A stretch of DNA of 64,000 nt from positions 26,350,001 through 26,414,000 of the forward strand of contig NC_086108.1 in assembly GCF_963921235.1 (NCBI RefSeq), in the 5' to 3' direction. The stretch comes from Mobula hypostoma (Eukaryota). The notes under the pieces were generated by a model, which did not search any database, had not been told where the DNA came from, and saw nothing but the letters and a program-made list of their open reading frames with translations. Made by a program: the position numbers and the translations under genes. Positions 37,010 through 48,953 of this stretch are shown piece by piece; positions within the stretch are counted from its first letter, which is position 1, and every line of letters starts with the position of its first letter.

Positions 37010-39985
37010 TGTTGGTCTGTGCACAACTACATATATCTTAAATAAAACCCCGCATTCCGGAGATGGCTTTAATTGGTGTATTCATAGTGTAAGGAGAGCG
37101 AGAGAGCAATGTGCATGTGTAGACAGCAGTGCATGCGCAGACAACAGATCAATATGTAGTGCTAAGCAGGGGACGGTAATTGCTCTAAGAGAAATAGATC
37201 CATACTTCCTTCTCCTTTAGATTAATGCAACATAAAGCTGTGTATATACAAAACCTCCAATTTTTCTTTCATAAACCCATATTCCAAATAAACATGCTTT
37301 CATAATAACAGTAGATAACTTACTTCACAGTTCTAAAGGTTCAGTCTTTTGAATGGTGCTCTGTTTCTTTCAGAATAGTACCTCTGGACCTGTGGAGTAG
37401 CATCAGGTTTGGCAGGTGTCTTATGAGCAATAACATTCTCAACTTGCTCTTGGTCCTGTGGTGTGGTATTAGGCTTGGTCAGTCTCTTGTCTAAAACAAT
37501 GTTCTTGATTTCCAGTATCACGTTGCTATCAATGCCATCATCACTGAGAGATAAGTCTGGTGACTGTAATGCGTCCGTCTTCTTGAATGCGGTCGACTCA
37601 GGTGCGTTCTTCGATTGCTCGTCCAGTATCTGCTCCACATAACGTCTCCATGTCTGATCTCCAACATCTACTGTGTACATCAGTAGTCCAGTTCTTGTAG
37701 CTATCCTACTCATGTCCGTTTGTGTTCTCGGTAGTTATGTGCTAGGACTTCTTGTCTAATCTCGAAGCTCCTTGCTGCTTCACTTGGAAACTGGTTAAAC
37801 TGTTTATTCTGCACTTCCATTCATAGATCTGGTTTCAGGAAGTCTGTGCGAGATCTGATTCCTGTTCATGAACAGCATTGCAGGTGTTTGACTTGTCGTC
37901 AAATGAACAGAGTTCCAATACACAAAAATGAAGCTGTCCACCTTGTGCTGTAGAGAAATGTCCTCCTTGTCCATCGCTTTAATAAATTTCTTGAAGGTTT
38001 GGATAAAGCTTTCAGCTAACTCATTTGCTGCTGTGTGGTGGGAAGCTGACTTGGAATGTCTGATGCTACTTTTCTTCAAGAACAGTCAGAATTCTTCTGA
38101 CATGTATTGTGGTCTGTTGTCACTCACAATTTGTTCTGGTAAGCCATTTCTGGCAAAGAGAGTCCTCAGGGCAGAGACAGTCTTTGCTGAGATAGTTAAC
38201 TTCATTTGTATAACCTCTGGCCACTTCGAATGAGTATCCACATCAATCAGAAACATGGAGTTCATGAATGGCCCATCAAAGTGAATGTGTACTCTTTGCC
38301 ATGGTGATGATGGCCACTCCCACGGGTGTAACAGTGCCTGTGGGTGTGCATTTTGAACTTTCTGGCATCCCAAACAGCTTTTGGCCAAACCTTTGATCTG
38401 TTTATCTATTCACTTTGTAAACACCTGCTGATTAGCGTTAAGCAGCTATGCCAGTCTCTGGTTAGTGCTACCGTTTGGGCTGTAGTTGCCTGTTGATGCC
38501 ACACTGAGAGCTTTGATTGAGTGCCAGTCTAGTGAGATTTTTCTCAAGCATTCACATCTGAAAAGTGCTGGCCCTCCACTTTTCAATACATAAAGCTGTA
38601 ACTGTTGTGTTTGGTCTCCATACATCATATTCACCTTCAGTTTGACTTTGGAAAACACCTTTTCACCCGTTTAAGGCATTAGCATCACTGAGGTCTTCTC
38701 TGTTGTAGTCAGTCTCAGGAATTATGGGCAAAGCTGACCCTGTATCCATCTCCATTTTCAGTTTTACACCAAACACATCTGTTGAGATCCAGATGATTTT
38801 GTGATCTCTTCAGTTATACTATGCAGTCCTAGGCTTGACAGTTCACCTTTGTCAGACTCTATGCTGACTGATTCTGTTTTACATTTGGTAACTTTATGCA
38901 TTTGCTTTGTTTTGTGTTTGAGACTTTTCACACAGTTGTGCTTTTTGTCTGCCTTGCACATTCTCTTTATGTGACCTTGGCTGTGACACTTTCTACAGAC
39001 TTTTTCTTTGAACCAACAGTCATTTGCATTATGGGAGGATTTACCATATCGATAATAATTTTAGCTATTTGCACTATCCAGGGACACTTTGTGCAATTCA
39101 CATTCTAACTTCCTTTTCTGTGGTTCTGCTGCATCCTCTAAAGATATTGCAATGGCCAATGCCCATTCTAAGGTCAAGTCTCTTTCAGCAAGTGGCCTCA
39201 TTTGAGTGCTTTAATTGTGCATGCACATACATGCCTGTCCCTTAATGCATCAGAAAGTCTATTTCTAAAGTCAAAGTACTGGGAAAGTTTGTGCTGTTCT
39301 GCAATGTTTTCAGAAAGGTTTTCATCCTTTGACTGGTTCCTTTTGTAAAATCTAAATCTCTCAGCTATCGTCAGCAGTTTCGGGCACAAGTGATGTTGTA
39401 AAATTGTAACAATTTCATTGAACATCTTGTTTGCTGACTTTTCAGTGTTTACTAAGTTGTGTAAGAGACTTTACATTCTTGGGCCCATTAAGTTAAGAGG
39501 TGTAAGGGCTCCTCCACATCATTCATGTTACAATAGAGTTCAACTCTCTAGATAAACAACTCCCAGTCTTCATTAACCCTATCAAATTTATCCACATTCT
39601 CGACTGAAGCCATTGCCATGCTATTTTCACTTTAAATTGAGCGTGTCTTTCACTGTTACTCACGTATCATTCATCTTTCTCCTGCAGTTTAACTCTTGCT
39701 GTTTCATCACATAACTGTCAGTGCAGTTCGCGGTATTTTCTGACATTCACGTTCATACTTGTCACCAATTTGTTGTGTCTGTGCACAAGCACATATTTCT
39801 TAAATAAAAGCATGCATGTGGGAGATGGCTTTATATGCTGTATTCACACTGCAGTGAGAGAGTAAGAGAGTATTGTGCATGCGTTGACAATAGCACATGT
39901 GCAGACAGTAGATCAAAACATAGTGTTGGTGGCGGCCGGGGGGGGGGGCGTCATTGCTCTAAAAGAATTAGATTCACACATTACA
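37010..39985 (-). mobile_element. Gypsy/Ty3 LTR retrotransposon, internally deleted (gag-protease-integrase, no RT/RNase H)
   Basis: Direct repeats 37010-~37204 and 39771-39985, TG...CA termini, 5-bp TSD AGGAG (37005-37009, 39986-39990), PBS-like TGGTGAC and a polypurine tract; gag IAERFRFYKRNQ, protease LKMEMDTGSA, integrase CLGCQ..WQRVHIHFDGPF..HSKWPEV..GLPEQIVSDN. Confidence 0.93.
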
Positions 39986-40491
39986 AGGAGGAAGGAGGTA
40001 CCAAAGCCTAAAAGCACATACCTCCAGGCTCATGGCCCATGTCTTCTATTATTCTATAAGACTACTGAATTGCTCCCTAGCACAGTAAGATTCTTGACCT
40101 TACAACCTTACTGCTTACCTGCAATGTACTTTTTCTGTAGCTATTATACCTTATTCTGTATATTATTGTCTTACATTGTTCAACCTCAGTGCACAGTAAT
40201 TATTGGTCTGTATGAACAATAGGCAAAACAAGCTTGTCACCGGTGACAATAACAAACCAATTCGTAGCACCATGACCTCTCACAGAGACAGTACCCTTGC
40301 AGCATTTGTTCAAAAGATGCATTAACTTTCTTTTCTTGGGTCAGGATGAGTGGATACTTGCTCTTCATCACATTCAGAGAAATTCTGTGTGAAGGCAACA
40401 CTTGGCCCCAGTTATCCAAGTGGCCCAGTGACTTTTGCTACTGTAGTGTTCCATTATGAACAGGCAGATTTCAAGCTTCAGGTGTCATAAC

Positions 40492-40897
40492 TGTCACAGC
40501 TGACTAGGTAACTGCTTCAGTGTTAACTTCCCTCACACTGAATAGGGGCAAACTCAATTGCAGAGAGAAGTCACACAAAATTAGAGAAAAAATCCAACAA
40601 GGCTTTATAGATTCCTTAGCAAGCAAGGTGCAGGCTGAGGGTCCAAAAATAACTCACAGCCAAAGTCAAGGTCCCCAAAAATAAATTGACTAGAGATTCC
40701 TACAAACAAAAGCAGAACTTCACTAAAAGAAATTCCAAGACTGAGCAAATACATAAGGGACAAAGAACTTATATAGGGCTCCAAACAAAGCACAGGTGAA
40801 AACAATGAATTGGTAATTAGCCAAATAGGCGGGTGAGCAGGAAGGGGTTGGCCTTGTCATCTCTGCCTCCCTCTGGTGGTCAGTTTAAGGTGTAACA
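40492..40897 (-). mobile_element. Solo LTR
   Basis: Begins TGTCACA, ends TGTAACA (imperfect inverted ends), flanked by 5-bp TSD ATAAC (40487-40491, 40898-40902); TATA-like CCCTATATAAG on the minus strand. Confidence 0.75.
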
Positions 40898-43800
40898 ATA
40901 ACCTCTTGTTATGAGACAGTGATTGCCTTCAAATATTAATGCTGCCGTTCATAACAGCAGTGGAAGTAATATCTATCAGGAGAATGACAGACAGATCCAG
41001 CAAACAGTCGCTGACACCTGCAATATGATGAACATCAACAAGGGTGGACCTGAGTACTGTTAGAGGCAAGGTAGGGGCACAAAGGGTCTGGGAAATTTTG
41101 TCAGAAAAGCAGAGTCTTTGGGAGGCTTTCAAAAGCTGTGAGTGAAAGGGGAGAGATACTTAGATTGGGAGGTTCTATAGGGTAAGGTAGTGGTAACCAA
41201 GATTACAGCAGAGTCTGAACGCCCAAGTTGGGGTGGTCTTTCATTGATTCTATTATGGTCATTATTCTATTACAGACTTATTGTGTATGCCCATAGGAAA
41301 ATGAATCTCAGGGTTGTATATTGTGACATATATGTACTTTGATAATAAATTTGCTTTGAACTTTGAGAGGAAAAAATAATAAAAGGGAAGGTTACATTAA
41401 GGTCTGAGGAATATGAAAATTATAATGAGGATGCTACATTCAATTCTCATGATGATAGAAGTCGAGAGAATTGGGATACAGGTAGAAGGCTGTGCTGAAA
41501 CAGATCGCAGATCCCAAGAATGACAAATTGCATGTTGGATAAATCCAGCATATCATAAAAGCAGGAACTAGTGGTTCAGTAGAAAAGAATGATAGATAGG
41601 AGCAGAGACAGCCAGTTTAGCAGAAATGAACAAAGTAAGTCCAGATATAGAGAAGAAAGTTAGTACAGAGGAACCAGCACAGCAAGCTTTTGCACCTCAA
41701 CATTTATGCTGAGATGAAAACTTGGGACGATGATCATCAAAGTCACAAAGAAATAATCATTTACAGAAAAAGACTAACCTGGTTTCATTTTGATGACATT
41801 GGGCTGTAAAAAGATACAACTCAAATAGATTTTAATATCAGATAAACCACCCTTTTTTAATAATGTTGAGGAGTAGGTAAAATAGAGTTTTATCCAACTT
41901 TCTATCTACTTATGGCTTCACACCTGCCCACCACTGATTGTGCCCTCCTTCAACTCCAGTATCTGATTTAAGAGTGACCATCCTTTACTTACCTCAAGCT
42001 CTGGAAATCCTGTTTAAATCTGTCTGCCTCTTTTTCAAGCTTTTCCATTCAAAATATAATACTTAGATCACAATTGCATTCTCTAATACTTTCTTAATTG
42101 GCTCAGTGTCAAATTTTGAGCACACATTTATGAATCGCTTCAGGACATATCATTACATTAAAGGCCCCATGCAAATTTAATTGTTGCTGTCACCAGACAC
42201 ATTAAAGTTGAACGATAATATGATGAAGAAACATGTAGGAGTTAATTGTAGAGAGAATGAACATACGCATGTTTGAGGTGAAGGTTACTGGAATAACAAA
42301 AGAAAATAATAGATCGCTTAGTAGAAACTCATGGAGCAATAAATAGGAAGCAATGGACTCAGTAACAATGTTGAAAATTATGATTCTGATGCTTGAGTAT
42401 AGGATAGTTTTGGACAGTGCATGGATTACTTTGGCAGAATGGTTCAATTCAGTGCAGTAAACTCAACGTATATTAATGCCAGCCACAAAACTGCTCACAA
42501 ATCCCTACCAAACCTGTGTAAAGATTTCACATTATACTAAGTTGCCCCCAAAACCAAAGCATCATTAAGTAATTGGTGATAGTGAAGAATTAAAATGCAA
42601 TGGGCACTAGTATAGAAAGTGCTCATCTGCCACCACATGCATCAGTACACCCAATGCACTTCAAAATTAATTAATTGTTGAAAAATGTTGACATGTTTTG
42701 GTATTATAGGGAATTACATATATAATCATATTACAGCTATAAATACAAATTAATCTTTTTTCTATTGCCAGTATTGCATTTCAGAAGACAGTTATTCTAT
42801 TTTAAATTCAAGCAGGACCAAAGACATACTTGGAAGATATAAATGAAATTGGACAGTGGATGGATAAATGGTGTCTTGCTTTCATTTCTGATGAAGTGTG
42901 TTAATAACTGCGGAGATCATTGTTCTTGACATTTCTCACTTGCTTTTATTCTACAAATTCACTTTACCTGGAAATATCCACCTTAGAAATCACTACAGAA
43001 TAGCAGCAGTAAATCAGGTTATATAATAAAAGGCAAAGCTGCTAGAAGAGTGGGAATTCTGAAGTAACGCTCCCCTGTTTCTCCCTTTCATTGCTTTCAT
43101 GGAGATTTGCTGAAGGTGGCAACCAGCAGTTTAAAGCTTGCTAGAAGAGACTGCATGTAAAGTGCAGGATTACTAGCTGAAGAATAAATTTGACGATTCA
43201 AGAATAGGTAGGATACACTGTAGAAAAGGGAATGTTGGCACGTGTGATGAAAATGTGTGAAATTAATGAGGATGGCCACATCAAAGAAAACACCGACAGA
43301 CATTTTGCTGCATTGTAATATCTTTGCATTTGAAAGAACAATTGAATTATACCTACTCATGAAAAAACTGTTGGTACAAGGAAAAGTTGCTGCAAATTCC
43401 GATTCCTCACCCTCTACCTCTCTCATATATACACTACCAGATATAGTTGAGGTATCTGGGGAAATTTGATGACCAATTACCCCGGGAAGAGGATCCTGAG
43501 ATTGTTGTCACTCAGATTCTGCTTATTTTAGGAGAACACACAGCTGAACAGCAAACTCATGATCAGGAAAGTCAACTGTATATTCCCCTCATAGATGCTA
43601 CTTGACCTGCTGAGTTCCTCCAGCATTTTGTGAGCTGCTCTGGATTTCCATTGTCTGCAGAATCTCTTGTGTTAAGGAAGGAAACAAACTATGCTAGAAA
43701 TACTCATCAAGTTAGGCAACAACTGTGAAGTGAGAAACAGTGCTAACATTCCAGGTTAATGACCCTTCACAGGAGCTGAGAAAATAATACCTAAAGGCTG

Positions 43801-44089
43801 CATCTCTGTATCACATATTATGTGCTCAGGTATGGCATTTGAGCTTGATTCAGACCTTCTGCTTTAATGTGAGAGCACGATCATTAAGCTAAGTGATCCC
43901 ATTGAGATTTGTGTGTTAGCGAAGAGTCATCTAGTGTTCACTGTATTGTAACTGACATGTCTCTTGTAATGATTCAGGACCTTGGTTACCACCTGGTCTA
44001 TGCCAACAAAGCAATTAATACTCATCTCTGGGGTAGTCTGCTATCTTTCCAATGGGCCACCTGTCCTCTTCCTCCTGAATGCGTGGAAT

Positions 44090-44950
44090 TGGAAAGAAGA
44101 GGTTGGGCTTTCATTGGAATGTTATGTTGAAGTTGCATAGGACGTTGGTGACCCTAATTTGGAGTACAGCACTGGTGCAGTTCCAGTCACCTACCTACAA
44201 GAAAAATAATGCAGAAAAAAATTACAGGAATGTTGCTGGGACTTGATGGCCTGAGTTAGAGGGAAAGATTGAATAGGTTTGGATTTTATTTCCTAGAATG
44301 TAGCAGAATGAGGGGAGATTTGATGACAGGTATACAAAATTATGAAAGATACAGATAGAATATAAAAAAATGATGAAGGGTGGGCCAGCTGGTGGTGTAG
44401 TGGCATCAGCACTGGACTTCAAGGCAGACAGTCTTGAGTTCAAACCCAGCCAGGTCCCAACCTGGGCAGCAGCAGTATCTGTGCGGAAGAAAGGCCAGGC
44501 AATCTATTTCCATATCTTGCCATGAAAACCCTATGGACCATATGGGCCATGAGGTCACGAAGAGTCGGGCACAACTTAACAACAGAACAACAACAGATAG
44601 GGTAAATGCAAGCAGGCTTTTTCCACTGAGATTGGGTGAGATGGATTTCACCAACATTTCACCATTCATCGGTTAAGGATGAATAGTGAAATGTTCAAGA
44701 AGAACATGAAGGGGATGTTCTTCACTCAGAGGGGTAGTAAGGGTGCGGAATGAGCTGCCAACATAAGAATGGAAATGGTGGGTGCGGGCTCGATTTCAAC
44801 ACTTAAGAGAAACTTGGATAAGTACATGGATGGGAGATATATGGAAGGCTATGGTCCGGGTGCAAGTTGATGGGTCTCGGCAGAAGGACTGTTTGGCATG
44901 GATTAAAATAGCGGAAAGGACTGTTTCTCTGCTATAATGCTCTATGATAT
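44090..44950 (+). mobile_element. Old CR1 LINE 3' fragment interrupted by a SINE
   Basis: Similar to the CR1 C-terminus (DRVNASRLFPLR; TTCTTCACTCAGAGG..GGAATGAGCTGCC). Confidence 0.8.
44359..44592 (+). mobile_element. tRNA-derived SINE with RTE/BovB-like 3' tail
   Basis: A box TGGTGTAGTGG, B box GAGTTCAAACC, tail GGTCACGAAGAGTCGGGCACAACTTAAC(AAC)n, TSD ACAGATAG (44351-44358, 44593-44600). Confidence 0.75.
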
Positions 44951-47203
44951 TATAAACCAGTGGTTCTCAAAGTGGGTGATATCACCCCACCCCCACACCC
45001 GGCATTCAATAGCAAGGGGCAGCTGAGGGTTTACGGGCTTAATTTAAGAAATGAATTGTTATAAGCATTTGATCCTCAGTGCCTCATAATTAATGACAAT
45101 GATCACATAGTCACCTCATCTCTTGCTAATCCGCCATTCTCGCAGAATCTGCTCAAAGTTTGTTATCATTGTTGAAGGGGAATGTGACACTTCTCTTTCT
45201 GGCAGATCATGAGAAATCTGAACTGAAGATATTGTGTTATTTCTACACCTGGCCCACACATTATTGCCATTCACTACTGTACTACAGTATTAGCTAGTAC
45301 AATTCCCATACTCTAATCATGCGGTGACACATTTCCTGTGAATTAGGGTGTGGTGTTTAAAGAGATAAAGTTCAGAATCTGCCCTTTCAAATGGCCTTCA
45401 ATGCGTTTCTCTAGCCCACAGCCCAACTGAGATATTGTTACCTTCAGGCAGAGTCAGGTTTTGCCTGAAAGTTATTATGACATCATAACTTTCCCATTTA
45501 TTGATGCAGTGCTTGAGGTTGAACATTATATCAGCATCAAGCAGCAGTGTGAAAAAGTCGTTCAAATGAGGCAATGAAACTCTCCAGGCTCCTTGAACAT
45601 TTGAAGAGAATATACTCTGATTAAGCAAACAAGAATTTGGCTTTTTTTCAGTCACTTCGTGAAAACTTTCAGAACTGGAACACACTGCTTGCCTGCACTT
45701 CATAACACAACAGTGACGGTTTGCATGCTTCATATGATATTTCATTCCCTCTTGCTAAATCTGAAGAGCCACATACGATTGGAGAACTGATTCTGGCAGT
45801 AGTAGGGAAGGTTCTGAGTATGGATTTGCAAGAGTCACCAAACCAAATAATGTAAGTGATTCCACTCAACGACAACTTTGCTCAAGGACAAACAGATGAA
45901 ATGTCCAAGAATGTGGAACATTTTGCAACATACTTAGGACAACAGAATTTGCTCTGCGGTTGGACGAGGCAACTTTGCCAGGCAACAAATTTTTGCTTTT
46001 TGGTTGTGTTCACTTCATAAAAGTTTAAACCATGGTTCAAGAGTTATTATTTGCAAGGGGACTAGAAACAGATATGCAGGGGAGTCAATATTTTGGATTG
46101 TTGAGCAACTTTTCAAAGAGGACACTCTACTCACGAACATTCTAGCTTGTGCAACAGTTGAGGTACCATCAGTGACAGGATCCCACTGTGGGGTTATTGC
46201 TTTCTTGAAAAAAAAAGCTGTGCTTAACATACTTACCATTCACTGTGTAAATTACACACGACATCTTGACACAAAAAAAAATTAAGTGATCGGCTGCCCA
46301 AATCATTAAATACTGTTATCAAGTGGTAAATATAATCAAGTTCCATGCTCTCAGTTCTAGATTATTTCAAGAGCTTTGTACTGAGACTGATGAACAGTTT
46401 GAACACTTGCTGTTGCACATAAATGAGAGATGGGTCTCAAAGGAATCTGCCTGAGATGCTTTTATATGGTTTTTGAAATGGCGATAAAATTCTTTGAAGC
46501 CATAAATTGCTTCATCCGGTAATCAACTCAAGAATATTAGGCATTGTAATGCTTATTAGTCAGAATTATTTGCAAAGTTTAATGAAATCAATCTTCAATT
46601 GCAAGGAAATGATGTGAATCATATCAAAGTCAAATCAGTCATCTCCATATTTCTGTCCAAGTCACAACTTTTTCCAGTTTCCAAGTTTCTCTGAGTTGGA
46701 TGAAAAAGAAAGAATACCAGATGGTGATCTTTAAGTATACTGTGCCCACCATGGTGAACTGCATAAAGCTATGTCAGAGAGATTTCAGGATCTTTAGTCA
46801 ATCCAATTTCCATATTGGGTGATAATTCCATTCCTGAACTCTTGTAATGAAGAATTAACAGGAAGGATGGAGGACAAACTGATCTCACTAAAAATGACTT
46901 TGGGCTGAAGACAAAAAATCATATTGTGACTTTGGGTTGCAGAATGAAATCTCTGAATGCTATCCTGCATTGTGAAAAAAGGTCAAGATATTCTTTATTG
47001 CCTTACCAATATCATCTTTCATGGAGAGCAGGCTCAGTGCAAATGTCTAACTTCTTTCAAAGCAAAGACACAGGCTTTCATGGATTTTCATGAACATGGG
47101 GATCTGAGGCTCTTTCTGATTAACATTCATCTTGAAGTTGAGAAGCTGATATCATTACGTACATCAAGCCCATCCATCTCATTGAAAGGTGAAAGAGCAA
47201 TAA

Positions 47204-47420
47204 ATCAGATTCAAGTTTAATATCACCAGCATATGTCATGAAATTTGTTGTTTTGTGGCAGCATTATATTGTAAAAGCTATAAATTACAGTGAGACGCAT
47301 ATATAAAAATATAAATTAAATAAGATGTGCAAAAAGAGAGAGGAAATGCTGAGGAAGTGCTAATGGGTTCACTTCCATTCAAGAATCTGATGGTGGAGGG
47401 GAAGAAACTGTTACCTGTTC
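47204..47420 (-). mobile_element. Rex1-like LINE tail nested in the hAT element
   Basis: Close match to 7769-7955. Confidence 0.7.
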
Positions 47421-47488
47421 CTGAAACAGAGAGTGAAACGATGAAGCAGTGAATAGTTAGACTAATTACATTTGCTTTAAAGTTAGAG

Positions 47489-48953
47489 ACATAGAAAACC
47501 TACAGCACAATACAAGCCCTTCAGCCCACAAAGCTGTGCAGAACATGTCCTTACCTTAGAAATTACCCAGAGTTACCCATAGCCTTCTATTTTTCTGAGC
47601 TCCGTGTACCTGTCCAGGATTCTCTTAAAAGACCCTATCATATCTGCCTCCACCACCATCACCAGCAGCCCATTCCATGCACTCACCACTCTCTGTGTAA
47701 AGAACTTAACCCAGACATCTCCTCTGTACCTACTTCCAGGCACCTTAAAACTGTGCCCTCTTGTGCTAGCCATTTCAGCCCTGGGAAAAAGCCTCTGACT
47801 ATCCACATCTTATATACCTGTATCAGGTCACCTCTCATCCACCGTCACTCCAAGGAAAAAAGATGGAGTTCACTCAACCTATTCTCATAAGGTATACTCC
47901 CTAATCCAGGTAACATCCTTGTAAATCCCCTCTACACCCTTTCTATGGTTTCCACATCCTTCCTGCAGTTAGTTGACCAGAACTGAGCACGTACTCCAAG
48001 TTGTGTCTGACCAGGGTCCTATATAGCAGCAACATTACCTCTTGGCTCCTAAACTCAATCCCATGATTAATGAAGGCCAATGCACCGTATGCTTTCTTAA
48101 CCACAGAGTCAACCTGCGCAGCAGCTTTGAGTGACCTATGGACTCGGACCCCAAGATCTCTCCAAACCTCCACACTGCCAAGAACCTTACCGTTAATACT
48201 ATATTCTGCCATCATATTTGACCTACCAAAATGAACCACCTCACACCTACCTGGGTTGAACTCCATCTGCCCCTTCTCAGCCCAGTTTGGCATCCTATCA
48301 ATGTCCCACTGTAACCTCTGACATCCCTCCACATTATCCACAACACTCCCAACCTTTGTGTCATCAGCAAATTTACGAACCCATCCCTCCACTTCCTCAT
48401 CCAGGTCATTTATAAAAATCACAAAGAGAAGGGGTCCCAGAACAGATCCCTGAGGCACACCACTGGTCACCGACCTCCATGCAGAATGTGACCCGTCTAC
48501 AACCACTCTTTGCTTTCTATGAGCAAGTCAGTTCCGGATCCACAAAGCAATGTCCCCTTGGATCCCATGCCTCTTTACTTTCTCATTAAGCCTGGCATGG
48601 GGTACCTTATCAAATGCCTTGCAGAAATCCATATCCACTACATCTACAGCTCTACCTTCATCAATGTGTTTAGTCACATCCTCAAAAAATTCAAACAGGC
48701 TCGTAAGGCACAACCTGCCTTTGACAAATCCATGCTGACTATTCCTAATCATTTTATGCCTCTCCAAATGTTCATATATCCTGCCTCTCAGGATCTTCTC
48801 CATCAACTTACCAAACACTGAAGTAAGACTCACTGGTCTATAATTTCCTTGGCTATCTCTACTCGCTTTCTTGAATAATAGAACAACATCCACAACCCTC
48901 TAATCCTCTGGAACCTCTCCCGTCCCCATTGATAATGCAAAGATCATCGCCAA
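47489..48953 (-). mobile_element. CR1 LINE (RT portion) nested in the hAT element
   Basis: NYRPVSLTS, QHGFVKG, SGVPQGSVLGPLLF, KFADDTKV, FFTQRVVSAWN. Confidence 0.93.

Noticed and set aside
43097..43560. Coding-like stretch with short ORFs on both strands
   Set aside because: Stops in all frames and no motif I can recognise; possibly an old TE or pseudogene relic, but unsupported
44383..44455. tRNA-like sequence (also ~78-125)
   Set aside because: These are SINE heads with A/B boxes but no complete cloverleaf; not tRNA genes
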